Shown: piece after piece, positions 9,151 through 19,833 of the stretch | Layout of the letters: each line of letters starts with the position of its first letter | Position numbering within the stretch: the first letter of the stretch is position 1 | Source of the DNA: an uncultured Phycisphaeraceae bacterium | GTDB taxonomy: Bacteria > Planctomycetota > Phycisphaerae > Phycisphaerales > UBA1924 | NCBI GenBank assembly: GCA_964576725.1 | Contig: CAZNUZ010000003.1 | Span: 123-64,122 of the forward strand | DNA length: 64,000 nt | Direction of reading: 5' to 3' | The notes under the pieces: generated by a model | What the model saw: the letters and a program-made list of their open reading frames with translations, nothing else | Told to the model about the DNA's origin: nothing | Database searches by the model: none | Position numbers and translations under genes: made by a program

Positions 9151-9320
9151 TCGAATTGTTCCCAATGGCCTCTATCGGCCCGTGGGGGGGAGAAAGATAG
9201 CCCCTTTGCACGCGAGATCAAGCGCCGCCTTGCCCCGGCTCGCATAGCGCCTATCCTCCTCGTCCCGATGCCGGCCTGCCTGCCGGATCAACGCCTAGAC
9301 CCGTCTTCGGAGGCTCCGCC

Positions 9321-9551
9321 GTGAAGCCCGACATCCACCCCAAGTATTACCCGAACGCCAAGGTCTACTACAACGGCGAGGTCGTCATGACGACCGGCGC
9401 GACCGTGCCCGAGCTGCACGTCGACGTCTGGTCCGGGTCGCACCCCTTCTTCACCGGTAAGTCGGCCTTCGTCGACTCCGCCGGCCGCGTCGAGAAGTTC
9501 CAGCGCAAGTTCGCGGGCGACTACTTCTCCAAGGGCAAGAAGAAGAAGTAA
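9321..9551 (+). CDS. rpmE: 50S ribosomal protein L31 (Cys-less, type-B-like)
   Basis: MKPDIHPKYYPNAKVYYNGEVVMTTGATVPELHVDVWSGSHPFFTGK matches the L31 family. GTG start preceded by GGAGG. No CxxC zinc-binding pairs. Confidence 0.88.
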   Translation: MKPDIHPKYYPNAKVYYNGEVVMTTGATVPELHVDVWSGSHPFFTGKSAFVDSAGRVEKFQRKFAGDYFSKGKKKK

Positions 9552-9584
9552 CCGCGCCGAGCGAGCGTTATTCGAATCACCCAG

Positions 9585-9615
9585 GGCCCGCGTTCCGACG
9601 CGGGCCTTGTTGTGC
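9585..9615 (+). terminator. rho-independent terminator after rpmE
   Basis: GGGCCCGCG-ttccga-CGCGGGCC hairpin followed by TTGTTGTG. Confidence 0.5.
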
Positions 9616-9635
9616 GCACACACTACGCTGACTAC

Positions 9636-10460
9636 ATGACCACCACTCCCTCACCTCGCCTGGCCGGCAAGCGTGCCCTCGTCACCGGTGCCGCCCGCGG
9701 CATCGGCCTTGCAATCGCCGAAGCGTTTGTGCGCGAGGGGGCGCGCGTGCTTATGACCGACATCGACGCGCCCGCGCTCTCCGAGGCCGCCCGCGGCCTC
9801 GATCAGCCCGACCAGCCACTCGATGTGCGCTCCGAAGATGACTGGCGCAACGCGCTAGAGACAGCCGCTGCCCGCCTGGGCGGGCTCGACATCGTGGTGA
9901 ACAACGCCGGCATCACGGGCTTCGAAGCGGAAGTCCCGCCGGCCCACGACCCCGAAAACGCATCGCTCGACGACTGGCGCGCGGTGCACGCGACCAACCT
10001 CGAGGGCGTCTTCCTCGGCTGCAAGCACGCGATCCGCGCCATGCGGGGGTGCAACACGCCCGCTGGCAGCATCGTGAACATCGGTTCCCGCTCGGGCGTG
10101 GTGGGCGTGCCCGGTGCCGCAGCCTACGCCTCGAGCAAGGGCGCCGTCCGCAACCACACCAAGTCGGTCGCGCTGTACTGCGCACAGGAGGGGCTGCCGA
10201 TCCGCTGCAACGTTGTTCAGCCCGCCGCCATTCTCACACCCATGTGGGAGCCCATGCTGGGCGAGGGACCCGAGCGCGACGCAAACATCCGCCGTTTCAC
10301 CGCAAGCTGCCCCCTCAAACGCTTCGGCACACCGAGCGAAGTGGCCGAGCTCGTGCTCTACCTCGCCTCCGACGAGTCGGCCTACACCACCGGCGCCGAG
10401 TTCACGATCGACGGCGGCGTGCTCGCGGGCGAGGCCGACCCCGCACTCGCCGACGACTGA
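9636..10460 (+). CDS. SDR-family short-chain dehydrogenase/reductase
   Basis: [12 protein letters not shown] Rossmann motif, NNAG, catalytic YASSK. Confidence 0.85.
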   Translation: MTTTPSPRLAGKRALVTGAARGIGLAIAEAFVREGARVLMTDIDAPALSEAARGLDQPDQPLDVRSEDDWRNALETAAARLGGLDIVVNNAGITGFEAEVPPAHDPENASLDDWRAVHATNLEGVFLGCKHAIRAMRGCNTPAGSIVNIGSRSGVVGVPGAAAYASSKGAVRNHTKSVALYCAQEGLPIRCNVVQPAAILTPMWEPMLGEGPERDANIRRFTASCPLKRFGTPSEVAELVLYLASDESAYTTGAEFTIDGGVLAGEADPALADD

Positions 10461-10481
10461 GCGCATACCCTGCCGCGTCTC

Positions 10482-11576
10482 ATGGCCGCCACTCCCCTCA
10501 ACGACGCCCTGCTCTCGAAGCTCCGCGACATCGCGCGCGCGCGCGACGAGATCGAGCGTTCGCTGGAGGACCCCGCCGTGCTCGCCGACCACAAGGCCGT
10601 CCGCGATCTCTCGATCAAGAAGGCCGCCCTGGACCCCGTCGCCGATGGGCTCGCCCAGCACGAGGACCTCACCCGCCAGGCCGAGGAGCACGAAGCGATC
10701 ATCGCCGACGCCGCGAGTGACCCGGAGCTCGCCGAGCTCGCGCGATCGGAAGTGGGCGAGCTCCGCGCAAGCGCCCAGCGAGTGCTGGACCTCACCCTCG
10801 AACGCCTGGTCAACGCCGACGATCGCGCGATCGGCTCGGTCATGCTCGAGCTTCGAGCGGGCGTGGGGGGCGACGAGGCCGGGCTGTGGTGCGCCGATCT
10901 CCTGCGGATGTACGAGCGCTTCGCCGCCCAGCGCGGCTGGTCCTTCGAGTCACTCGAGCACGACGCCGACGAAGGCATGGGCGGGATCCGCAGCGTGGTC
11001 GCGAGCATCAAGGGCGAGGGCGTCTGGTCCGACCTCGCGCACGAGGTGGGCACCCACTGCGTGAAGCGCATCCCCGCGACGGAGACGCAAGGCCGTATCC
11101 ACACCTCGACCGCGACGGTCGCCGTCCTCCCCGAGCCGCAGGAAGTCGAACTCGAACTCGACCCCGCCGACGTCGACGAGCACATCACCACCGCGCAAGG
11201 CCCCGGCGGGCAGAACGTCAACAAGGTCGCCACCGCCGTCCACCTCATCCACCGACCGACGGGCGTCGAGGTGCGCATGCAAGAGACCAAGAGCCAGCAG
11301 CAGAACCGCGAGAAGGCGTGGCGGCTCCTCCGCGCCCGCCTCTACGAGGCAAAGCTCCGCGCCCAGCGAGAAGAAGAGGCCAAGGCCCGCGCGCAGCAGA
11401 TCGGCACGGGCGGCAGGGCCGAGCGCATCCGCACCTACCGCTACAAAGACGCCATCGCCGTCGATCACCGCCTAGGCGAGAGCTTCGCCCTCAAAGACAT
11501 CCTCGCGGGCGATCTGAACCCGATGGTGACGATGCTGACCGAGCAAGAGACCGCCCGCAGGCTCGCAGCACTCTGA
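10482..11576 (+). CDS. prfA: peptide chain release factor 1
   Basis: GGQNVNK (GGQ motif) and PATETQGRIHTS (PxT codon-recognition motif specific for RF1). Confidence 0.92.
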   Translation: MAATPLNDALLSKLRDIARARDEIERSLEDPAVLADHKAVRDLSIKKAALDPVADGLAQHEDLTRQAEEHEAIIADAASDPELAELARSEVGELRASAQRVLDLTLERLVNADDRAIGSVMLELRAGVGGDEAGLWCADLLRMYERFAAQRGWSFESLEHDADEGMGGIRSVVASIKGEGVWSDLAHEVGTHCVKRIPATETQGRIHTSTATVAVLPEPQEVELELDPADVDEHITTAQGPGGQNVNKVATAVHLIHRPTGVEVRMQETKSQQQNREKAWRLLRARLYEAKLRAQREEEAKARAQQIGTGGRAERIRTYRYKDAIAVDHRLGESFALKDILAGDLNPMVTMLTEQETARRLAAL

Positions 11577-11580
11577 GCCG

Positions 11581-11625
11581 CATCGAGTTGGACCACATCG
11601 AGCTGATCCGCATCGAGCTGGACCG
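11581..11625. repeat. three tandem copies of a 15-nt unit (CATCGAGYTGRWCCR) between convergent prfA and aroDE
   Basis: CATCGAGTTGGACCA / CATCGAGCTGATCCG / CATCGAGCTGGACCG read directly in sequence. Confidence 0.6.
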
Positions 11626-11660
11626 CTTTCAATGAGCCTTCACAAGCTCTTCCCAAGCGA

Positions 11661-13268
11661 TCAATCGGATGGGCCCGCAAGGGCCTCTTCCGCGACGCGG
11701 GTCATCACACCCTCGGGCGCATCCGTGCCCGTCCACATCGTGAACTGTGCAGCACCCTGAGCGACGAACATCAGCACGCCCGGGATAGTGCGCAGGCCGC
11801 GAGCGACGCACGCGCGCACCAAGGGCGTGTCCGCCGGCGTGTAGACCGTCTCGAATATCACCGGCGGCGACGCGCATGAAGCCCAGGCATCGAGAACCGA
11901 GAGCTCGATAGCACACGCATCCTCCGCCTCACCGCCGGCCATGCCCGCGGGTGTCGCGTGCACAACGGCGTCCCACGCGTGATCGCCCAGTGCCGACATC
12001 GCTGCCGATTCCGCGCCCAGCTCGTCGGCGAGCGCCCGGGCCCGTTCGTCTTTGCGGGCCGCGATCGTGACGCGCGCCCCCCGCTGGTCGCAGCCCCACG
12101 CCGCCGCTCGCGCAGCGCCGCCCGCGCCCACCACCAGCACGCGCGCCCCGCCGAGGCCGCCCGCGAGCGTGCGCTCGAGGGGCGAAGTCACACCGACCAC
12201 GTCCGTATTCGCCACGCGCCAGCCGCCCTCCACGAGCGCGAGTGTGTTCGCGGCGCCGCAGGCCTCCGCCGAGGCGTCGATCGACCAGCCCTCCTCGCGC
12301 GCTAGCCGCAGCGCGTGCTCTTTGTGCGGCATCGTCACGCTGCACCCAGAAAAGTCGAGACGCGGGTCGTCGGTCAGCGCGAGCAACGTCGCTTTGAAGT
12401 CTTCCCACTCGGGCCCCACAGGGAGCGGTAAATACACACCGTCGTGCCCGACAGACTCAAAGCCGGCGTTGTGCACGTGCGGGCCGATCGAGTGCTCCGC
12501 CGGCCAGCCGACCACGCCGTACACCCGCGTCTGCGCACCGATCGAGCGGAAGCGGTAGGTGCTGGTGAGCTCGCCGACGGTGGGCTGACCCGGCGCCGTC
12601 GCCGCCTCCTCGCGCAGGGCGGCGAAGGTGAGGAAGCCCCCGAACTTGGGCGCGAGCACCCTGCTCATCAGGCCGAAGCGCCCCATGCCCAGCGCGATGG
12701 TGGGCTTGTGCCCCTCAGTGAGCAGCTCGAAGAGCTCGAGGTTGTCGCGCAAGCTGCGCGCCCGGAAGGCGATCTTCGAGACGGCGACCGCGTCCTCCGA
12801 CGCCATCGCGCCCACCCGCCTCGTCAGGTCGCTCGGCCGGCCATCGAAGTCGTGCGCCGAGAGGATGAGCCTGGTCGAGAGGTCTTTCTGCTGGCCGGGA
12901 TGAACGACCCCAAGCCTGACCTTCTGCCTGAGGTTGGCCGACCGCTCGAAGGTCGCGAGTTCGAGGTCGACGTACGCCGGGGGCGTCTCGCATGTGCCCA
13001 GCGCTTCGTAGAGGCTGATGCGCGCGCTGTCGTCGCCGTCGTAGTCCCCGCCCTCGGCCGCGGCCCGGCACGTCACGATGCAAGGCAGCGGCGATTCCCG
13101 CACCAGACGCAACACCGCAGCAGCACCCTCATCGTCGCCCTCGCCCTGGAAGAGCGTGTCGACGCGGAACTCGACGATCTCCGCCCCGAGCGCGCGCGCG
13201 TGCGAGGCGTCCTCGAGAGCGCGGGCGACATCCTCCGCCATGATCGGTACACAAACAAGCGTGCTCAC
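11661..13268 (-). CDS. aroDE: bifunctional 3-dehydroquinate dehydratase (type I) / shikimate dehydrogenase fusion
   Basis: N-terminal type I DHQase-like region, a central extra region, and a C-terminal AroE region (VYGVVGWPAEHSIGPHVHNAGF, NTD...VLVVGAGGAARAAA). Confidence 0.8.
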   Translation of the reverse strand: MSTLVCVPIMAEDVARALEDASHARALGAEIVEFRVDTLFQGEGDDEGAAAVLRLVRESPLPCIVTCRAAAEGGDYDGDDSARISLYEALGTCETPPAYVDLELATFERSANLRQKVRLGVVHPGQQKDLSTRLILSAHDFDGRPSDLTRRVGAMASEDAVAVSKIAFRARSLRDNLELFELLTEGHKPTIALGMGRFGLMSRVLAPKFGGFLTFAALREEAATAPGQPTVGELTSTYRFRSIGAQTRVYGVVGWPAEHSIGPHVHNAGFESVGHDGVYLPLPVGPEWEDFKATLLALTDDPRLDFSGCSVTMPHKEHALRLAREEGWSIDASAEACGAANTLALVEGGWRVANTDVVGVTSPLERTLAGGLGGARVLVVGAGGAARAAAWGCDQRGARVTIAARKDERARALADELGAESAAMSALGDHAWDAVVHATPAGMAGGEAEDACAIELSVLDAWASCASPPVIFETVYTPADTPLVRACVARGLRTIPGVLMFVAQGAAQFTMWTGTDAPEGVMTRVAEEALAGPSD

Positions 13269-13282
13269 GCGGGGAAACTACA

Positions 13283-15037
<1,755 letters not shown>

Positions 15038-15176
15038 GCCTCGCTCATCGGGCCGTACACCGTTCGAGTCGTGTTCTCCCCTACTTCACCAGCGAAGAAC
15101 CCGCTGCACGCACCCACGATGACGGCCTGTGCACCCTGATCCGTCTACACACGCCCTGTTTGGGTGGATCCTGCGC

Positions 15177-15686
15177 TCAGGCCGGCACATCGACCCCGCT
15201 CGTGCGCAGGAGCGTCTTGAACGAGTCCCCGAAGACGAAGTTGTGCTCCGGGAATTCGATGCCCGCCTGGTTCTGATCGATGTGCGCGAACATCAGATCG
15301 ATCCGGCCGATCACCTCGGCCCGACCCGTAGCCGCGTCGATGATCTCGACCGTGCCCCGCGTCGATGCCCCCGCCGAATCCATACGCTCGACGTCCGCGG
15401 TGTAGCGCAGCGTCACGCCCGCGGGCACATCCGCCTCGAGCTCGGCCTTGCTCACCTTCGCCAGGATCACCTTCTCCTTGAACCCGTCGGCGTGACCCAC
15501 CAGGATCCCTGCCGTCTGGGCCATGCCCTCGATGATCAGGCTCATCGGCATCACCGGCATCGCGGCGCGCCCGCGCTCGGGCTCGGCCTCGAAGTGGTCG
15601 TGCAGGTGCTCCTCGGCGAGCGAGACGCCCTTCACCGCAACGAGGCGCTTGCCGGGGTCCAGCTCCACAACACGATCGATCCACAT
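15177..15686 (-). CDS. fabZ: 3-hydroxyacyl-ACP dehydratase FabZ-like (hot-dog fold)
   Basis: MWIDRVVELDPGKRLVAVKGVSLAEEHLHDHFEAEP...PVMPMSLIIEGMAQTAGIL matches the FabZ signature. Start trimmed to internal Met at 15684-15686 of the 15177..15935 ORF. Confidence 0.72.
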   Translation of the reverse strand: MWIDRVVELDPGKRLVAVKGVSLAEEHLHDHFEAEPERGRAAMPVMPMSLIIEGMAQTAGILVGHADGFKEKVILAKVSKAELEADVPAGVTLRYTADVERMDSAGASTRGTVEIIDAATGRAEVIGRIDLMFAHIDQNQAGIEFPEHNFVFGDSFKTLLRTSGVDVPA

Positions 15687-15715
15687 CCAGCGCACGGGCG
15701 GTCCTCGCAGTCGGC

Positions 15716-16120
15716 TCAGGGTCGGTCGCCTTCGGACGAACCGCGACCAGCATACTGCGACCCGGCGTTCCGCAAGACGCCGGATACGTGGTCGATGTCC
15801 CTCGCGCTGCGCTGCCGGCCGCACTCGGGGCACACGTCGCCGATCTCCGCCGGGCCCGGGTACCCGCACTCGAAGCAGACCGCGCCGTTGTGGTCGCTGA
15901 TCCACCGGCAGACCCGGCGGTGCGATGCGATGCACAAAAACACGAAGACCCCGGTGATCGGCAGCGATGCGAACGCGCCGAGGCCGGGGACTTGAAGGAG
16001 CGGCACGGTCAGAAAGACCGTGAGCGTCGTGCTGAGCAGGAAGAGGTAGCTCAGCGTGAGGGCGATGGTCCAGCGTTTGAGCTGGCCCGCGCCTTTCGGC
16101 AACGCGAAAGGAAGCATCAT
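15716..16120 (-). CDS. small membrane protein with C-terminal zinc ribbon (CFECGYPGPAEIGDVCPECG)
   Basis: Two hydrophobic helices then a C-x2-C...C-P-E-C motif. Its start overlaps the ACP stop (ATGA). Confidence 0.55.
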   Translation of the reverse strand: MMLPFALPKGAGQLKRWTIALTLSYLFLLSTTLTVFLTVPLLQVPGLGAFASLPITGVFVFLCIASHRRVCRWISDHNGAVCFECGYPGPAEIGDVCPECGRQRSARDIDHVSGVLRNAGSQYAGRGSSEGDRP

Positions 16121-16512
16121 GCCCCGGCGGCTTGCCCGAGCTTGCGGTCGACGTAGTTCACGAGGCCCGCGACGGTGAACACGTCGCCGATCTTGGCGAG
16201 TTGGGGGTTCTTCTCGAACTCGGAGAAGTCGAAGTGGGGCAGCTTGGCCTTCAGCCCCTCGAGGCCCGCAGCCGTCACGACACCGCCCTGCACGAACTCT
16301 TCGTTCTGCGCCACACCGTCGGGGAACATCTCGCCCTGGGGGATCTTGAACTCGAAGGTCTGCTCGAGCTTGAAGGCGATGTCGAGGAAGTCGATGGACT
16401 CGGCGCCGAGGTCGCCCACCAGGGTCGCGTCGGGGGTGACCTCGTCGGCGTCGACGCCAAGGGCGTCCTCGAGGACCTCAGTGACCTTGGCCAGGATCTC
16501 GTCGCGCGTCAT
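16117..16512 (-). CDS. acyl carrier protein with about 50-aa C-terminal extension
   Basis: MTRDEILAKVTEVLEDALGVDADEVTPDATLVGDLGAESIDFLDIAFKLE, with the DLGAESID phosphopantetheine-attachment-like motif. Start trimmed to the Met at 16510-16512. Confidence 0.7.
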   Translation of the reverse strand: MTRDEILAKVTEVLEDALGVDADEVTPDATLVGDLGAESIDFLDIAFKLEQTFEFKIPQGEMFPDGVAQNEEFVQGGVVTAAGLEGLKAKLPHFDFSEFEKNPQLAKIGDVFTVAGLVNYVDRKLGQAAGA

Positions 16513-16694
16513 CTTCGTCCCTTCCGGGCCCCGCTGGAGGCCGCTGCACTGAGCCCGTCTGCGAATCTCGGGCGGGCAGGACACACCGTCCGCCGCCCCG
16601 CGGGCAAGGGGGCATTATCGCACCCTCGCGCGCGGATGTCAGCCTCGCACCCCATCCGATGTCCGCGGGGGCCCCCGCAACCACGATCGGCGCC

Positions 16695-17102
16695 TCAGCC
16701 GCTCACCCCGGGCCACACCCGCAGTCGCCGAAGCTCGATCCTGCCGGAGACGGCCGAGACCTCCTCCTCGCCGGTCGCCACCCGCCAGCCGGAGGCTTTG
16801 AGTGTGGCCGACTCGTCCGAACGCTTCACCACGCGGACCTCCACCCGCAGCGACTCGCCCGGCTTCACGAAGTGACCGTACTTCAGCGCCCGCACGCCCG
16901 AGAGCACCCACCGCTCGCCCGAGACGTCGTCCAGAAGCTCGCGCGCCGCCTGCGTCAGGGCCTCGATCATCATCACCCCGGGCAATACCGGGAACGTGGC
17001 GAAGTGGTCCTGCAGATACTCCTCAGCGGCTGTCACCTGCTTCAGGGCAACCAGAGAGTCGTCGGAGCGGTCTAACACACGGTCGATGAGGCGGAAGTAC
17101 AT
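16695..17102 (-). CDS. second hot-dog fold dehydratase (FabZ/FabA-like), 135 aa
   Basis: MYFRLIDRVLDRSDDSLVALKQVTAAEEYLQDHFATFPVLPGVMMIEALTQAA. Only the C-terminal 135 aa of the 529-aa six-frame ORF is called, because the upstream part is occupied by the plus-strand gene 17151..18254. Confidence 0.65.
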   Translation of the reverse strand: MYFRLIDRVLDRSDDSLVALKQVTAAEEYLQDHFATFPVLPGVMMIEALTQAARELLDDVSGERWVLSGVRALKYGHFVKPGESLRVEVRVVKRSDESATLKASGWRVATGEEEVSAVSGRIELRRLRVWPGVSG

Positions 17103-17150
17103 GCCCGCAGCGTAGCGGGATGCCGCCCGCCCCTCACCTATGGTCCCGCT

Positions 17151-18254
17151 GTGCGTATCCGCCCGTTCTGGAACAAAGCCCGCGAGCACGAGCCCGAGGA
17201 GCCCCCGGCCGAGCGCTATTGCCCCGTCTGCCGGACCGACCTCACGCACGATTCCTCTGGAGTCTGCCCGCAGTGCGCGCGCCCCTTCGACCCGCAGGAC
17301 CCCGCGACGACGAGCCCCCTCCCCCACGCCCTTTGCAGCGGGTGCGGGTACGACATGCTGGGCCTCGACGCGGCCGCGTGTCCGGAGTGCAACACGCCCT
17401 TCGATGCGCTGGGCCACACACCCCCGCCGAAGATCGATCCGCGGGCGCGCCGGCGCAACCGCGTCGCACTCGCCTGCGTGCTCGGGGGGCTCGCGCTCTT
17501 CTTCCTCGTGCGCGAGACCTGGATCCCCAGGCCCGCACTCGACAACCGCGGCGGCATCACGTGGACCGTCTGGATCTGGCTCGGCAAGGCCTACGGGACC
17601 GACTACATCGGCACCACGCCCAACATCATCCGCGTGGAGTACGACGCGAGCATCCCCGTCCGCGCCGCGGGGTACGTCGCCGACGCGAACGCGCAGACCG
17701 GCGCGAGCGTCGGCTGGCGACTCACGCGCGAAGCGGGCGACGAGTGGAGGCTCGAAATCCTCCGCCCCGGCGTCCCCTGGCAGGACATCCTCCTCGGCTT
17801 CAACACCACGCGCACGCCCGACGAGGTCCTGGGCGTCCGGCTCAGCCCGGGGCTCCGCGAGCGCTCGGGCGAGCCGCTCGCACCCGAGAAGCCCGCCGAA
17901 GGCGAGACTGCGAGTGATGCCGTCGGCGCACACGTGCCCGAGCTGCGCGGCGCCCTCGCCCGCATCCAAGAGGCGGCCCCCGCCCCGAACGCGCCCCAGC
18001 CCCCCCTGCGACCGCTCACCGGGCTCCCCGTCTCGGTGACGGGCGACAGCATCACCATCCTGAGCGCCCTCGTCGACCACTACGGCCTTGGGGTGCTCCC
18101 AGGGATCACCCACGCCGACGACAACGAGGTGTGGCTCACCGACGAGACGGGCACGCTCGTCTCCATGACACCAGAGGAGGCCATCGCACGCGGGCACGAA
18201 CTCCCCGCGATCTCGGGCTACTCGGTCAGCCGCCTCCGCGCACGCTTCCGCTAG
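17151..18254 (+). CDS. double zinc-ribbon, single-pass membrane protein with uncharacterised C-terminal domain
   Basis: CPVCRTDL...CPQC and CSGCGYDMLGLDAAACPECN ribbons, then TM helix VALACVLGGLALFFLV, then about 250 aa unassigned. Confidence 0.6.
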   Translation: MRIRPFWNKAREHEPEEPPAERYCPVCRTDLTHDSSGVCPQCARPFDPQDPATTSPLPHALCSGCGYDMLGLDAAACPECNTPFDALGHTPPPKIDPRARRRNRVALACVLGGLALFFLVRETWIPRPALDNRGGITWTVWIWLGKAYGTDYIGTTPNIIRVEYDASIPVRAAGYVADANAQTGASVGWRLTREAGDEWRLEILRPGVPWQDILLGFNTTRTPDEVLGVRLSPGLRERSGEPLAPEKPAEGETASDAVGAHVPELRGALARIQEAAPAPNAPQPPLRPLTGLPVSVTGDSITILSALVDHYGLGVLPGITHADDNEVWLTDETGTLVSMTPEEAIARGHELPAISGYSVSRLRARFR

Positions 18255-18274
18255 GCGTTGCGTATCCTTCCTCC

Positions 18275-19357
18275 ATGAGCACATCGCCCGGCAAAGAGCC
18301 CCTGACCTACGCCGACGCGGGCGTTTCCATCGACGCGGGCGACGCCTTCGCCAAGCGCATCCGCGGGCACATGCGACGCACCCACGGCCCGCGCGTCCTC
18401 TCCAACGACGGCGGCTTCGCGGGGCTCCTCCGGCTCGACTACAACGAGTCGCTCTTCCGGCGCAACTTCAAGGACCCCGTCCTCGTCGCCTGCACCGACG
18501 GCGTGGGCACCAAGGTCAAACTCGCCGCCCAGCTCGGCCGCTACCGCGGCCTCGGCGCCGACCTCGTGGCGATGAACGTCAACGATCTCGTCGTAGAGGG
18601 CGCAGAGCCCCTGCTCTTCCTCGACTATCTCGCTACAGGATCGCTCGACCCCGACGCGCTCGAAGAGATCGTCGCCGGCATCGCCGACGCGTGCGCACGG
18701 TGCGGGGCGGCGCTCCTCGGCGGCGAGACCGCAGAGATGCCCGACGTCTACGCGGAGGGCGAGCTCGATCTCGCCGGCTTCTCCGTGGGCGTGGTCGAGC
18801 TCAGCAGGGCGATGGACAGCGCACGCGTCGAGCCGGGCGACGTCATCATCGGCCTCGAGTCCGACGGCGTGCACGCCAACGGTTTCTCGCTCGTGCGCAA
18901 GATCATCGACCACGCGCAGCTCGACCCGCGTGCGGTCTACCCCGAGCTCGACGAGGAGCGCGACCTGGGCGACGTGCTCCTCGCGCCCACGCGCCTCTAC
19001 GCCGCCCCCGTCTCGCGCGTGCTCCGCAGGTACACCGTCAAACGCGTCGTCACGGGCATGGCGCACATCACGGGCGGCGGGCTCGCCGACAACCTCGAAC
19101 GCGCGCTGCCCAGCAACGTCGACGCACACATCGATACCGCGACCTGGACGCCCCACCCCGTCTTCCCCTTCCTCGAAGCGCAAGGCGGGATCGAGCACGA
19201 AGAGATGCTGCGCGTCTTCAATATGGGCATCGGCTTCTGCATGATCGTCCGGCCGACCTTCGCCGCCTCCATCACACGCAGGCTCACCCGCTTCGGGGAG
19301 CGGCCCGTGCACATCGGCGAGATCCGAGAGGGCACCGGGCGCGTGCAGCTCCGATAA
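18275..19357 (+). CDS. purM: phosphoribosylformylglycinamidine cyclo-ligase (AIR synthetase)
   Basis: LTYADAGVSIDAGDA...CTDGVGTKV...GGETAEMP, typical of PurM. Start at the internal Met MSTSPGKEP. Confidence 0.9.
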   Translation: MSTSPGKEPLTYADAGVSIDAGDAFAKRIRGHMRRTHGPRVLSNDGGFAGLLRLDYNESLFRRNFKDPVLVACTDGVGTKVKLAAQLGRYRGLGADLVAMNVNDLVVEGAEPLLFLDYLATGSLDPDALEEIVAGIADACARCGAALLGGETAEMPDVYAEGELDLAGFSVGVVELSRAMDSARVEPGDVIIGLESDGVHANGFSLVRKIIDHAQLDPRAVYPELDEERDLGDVLLAPTRLYAAPVSRVLRRYTVKRVVTGMAHITGGGLADNLERALPSNVDAHIDTATWTPHPVFPFLEAQGGIEHEEMLRVFNMGIGFCMIVRPTFAASITRRLTRFGERPVHIGEIREGTGRVQLR

Positions 19358-19476
19358 CCACGCAACCGGACCAGCCCCCCGCCCATCGGGATCGCCCCGA
19401 AAGAGGAGGCCTCCTCGCCTGAAGTGGGCCAGCGCGCCGTTCGATACCAAGCGCTGAACCACAGAGAGGAAACGCG

Positions 19477-19797
19477 ATGACCGATCCAAGCTCGAGTTCC
19501 CCGATCTACAGCGACTTCAAGGGCGACCCCGATATGGAGGAGCTCGTCGAGTACTTCGTCGGCGAGATGCCCCAGCGCCTCGAAGAGCTGGAATCCAGCT
19601 TCGCAAGCCAGGACTGGGACCGCCTCAAGACCGTCGCGCACCAGCTCAAAGGCGCGTCGGGCGGGTACGGCTTCGAGACGCTCGGCCTCGCCGCCGCAAG
19701 CCTCGAAACATCGCTCAAGCAGGGCACCGACGAAGCCGCCGACCTCCAAGAGGGCTTCGACCAGCTCATCGATCTTTGCCGACGCGTTTCCTTCTGA
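19477..19797 (+). CDS. Hpt (histidine phosphotransfer) domain protein
   Basis: HQLKGASGGYGF phospho-accepting His motif. RBS GAGAGGAAAC precedes the start. Confidence 0.7.
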   Translation: MTDPSSSSPIYSDFKGDPDMEELVEYFVGEMPQRLEELESSFASQDWDRLKTVAHQLKGASGGYGFETLGLAAASLETSLKQGTDEAADLQEGFDQLIDLCRRVSF

Positions 19798-19833
19798 CCC
19801 TTCTGATCGACCACTCCCTCAGGAGGGAACCCG

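Noticed and set aside
17103-18284. N-terminal 390 aa of the 529-aa minus-strand ORF containing the hot-dog domain
   Set aside because: This part is overlapped on the other strand by a well-formed zinc-ribbon membrane protein gene (17151..18254) and has junk composition. Only the C-terminal 135 aa from Met 17102 looks like a real hot-dog dehydratase.
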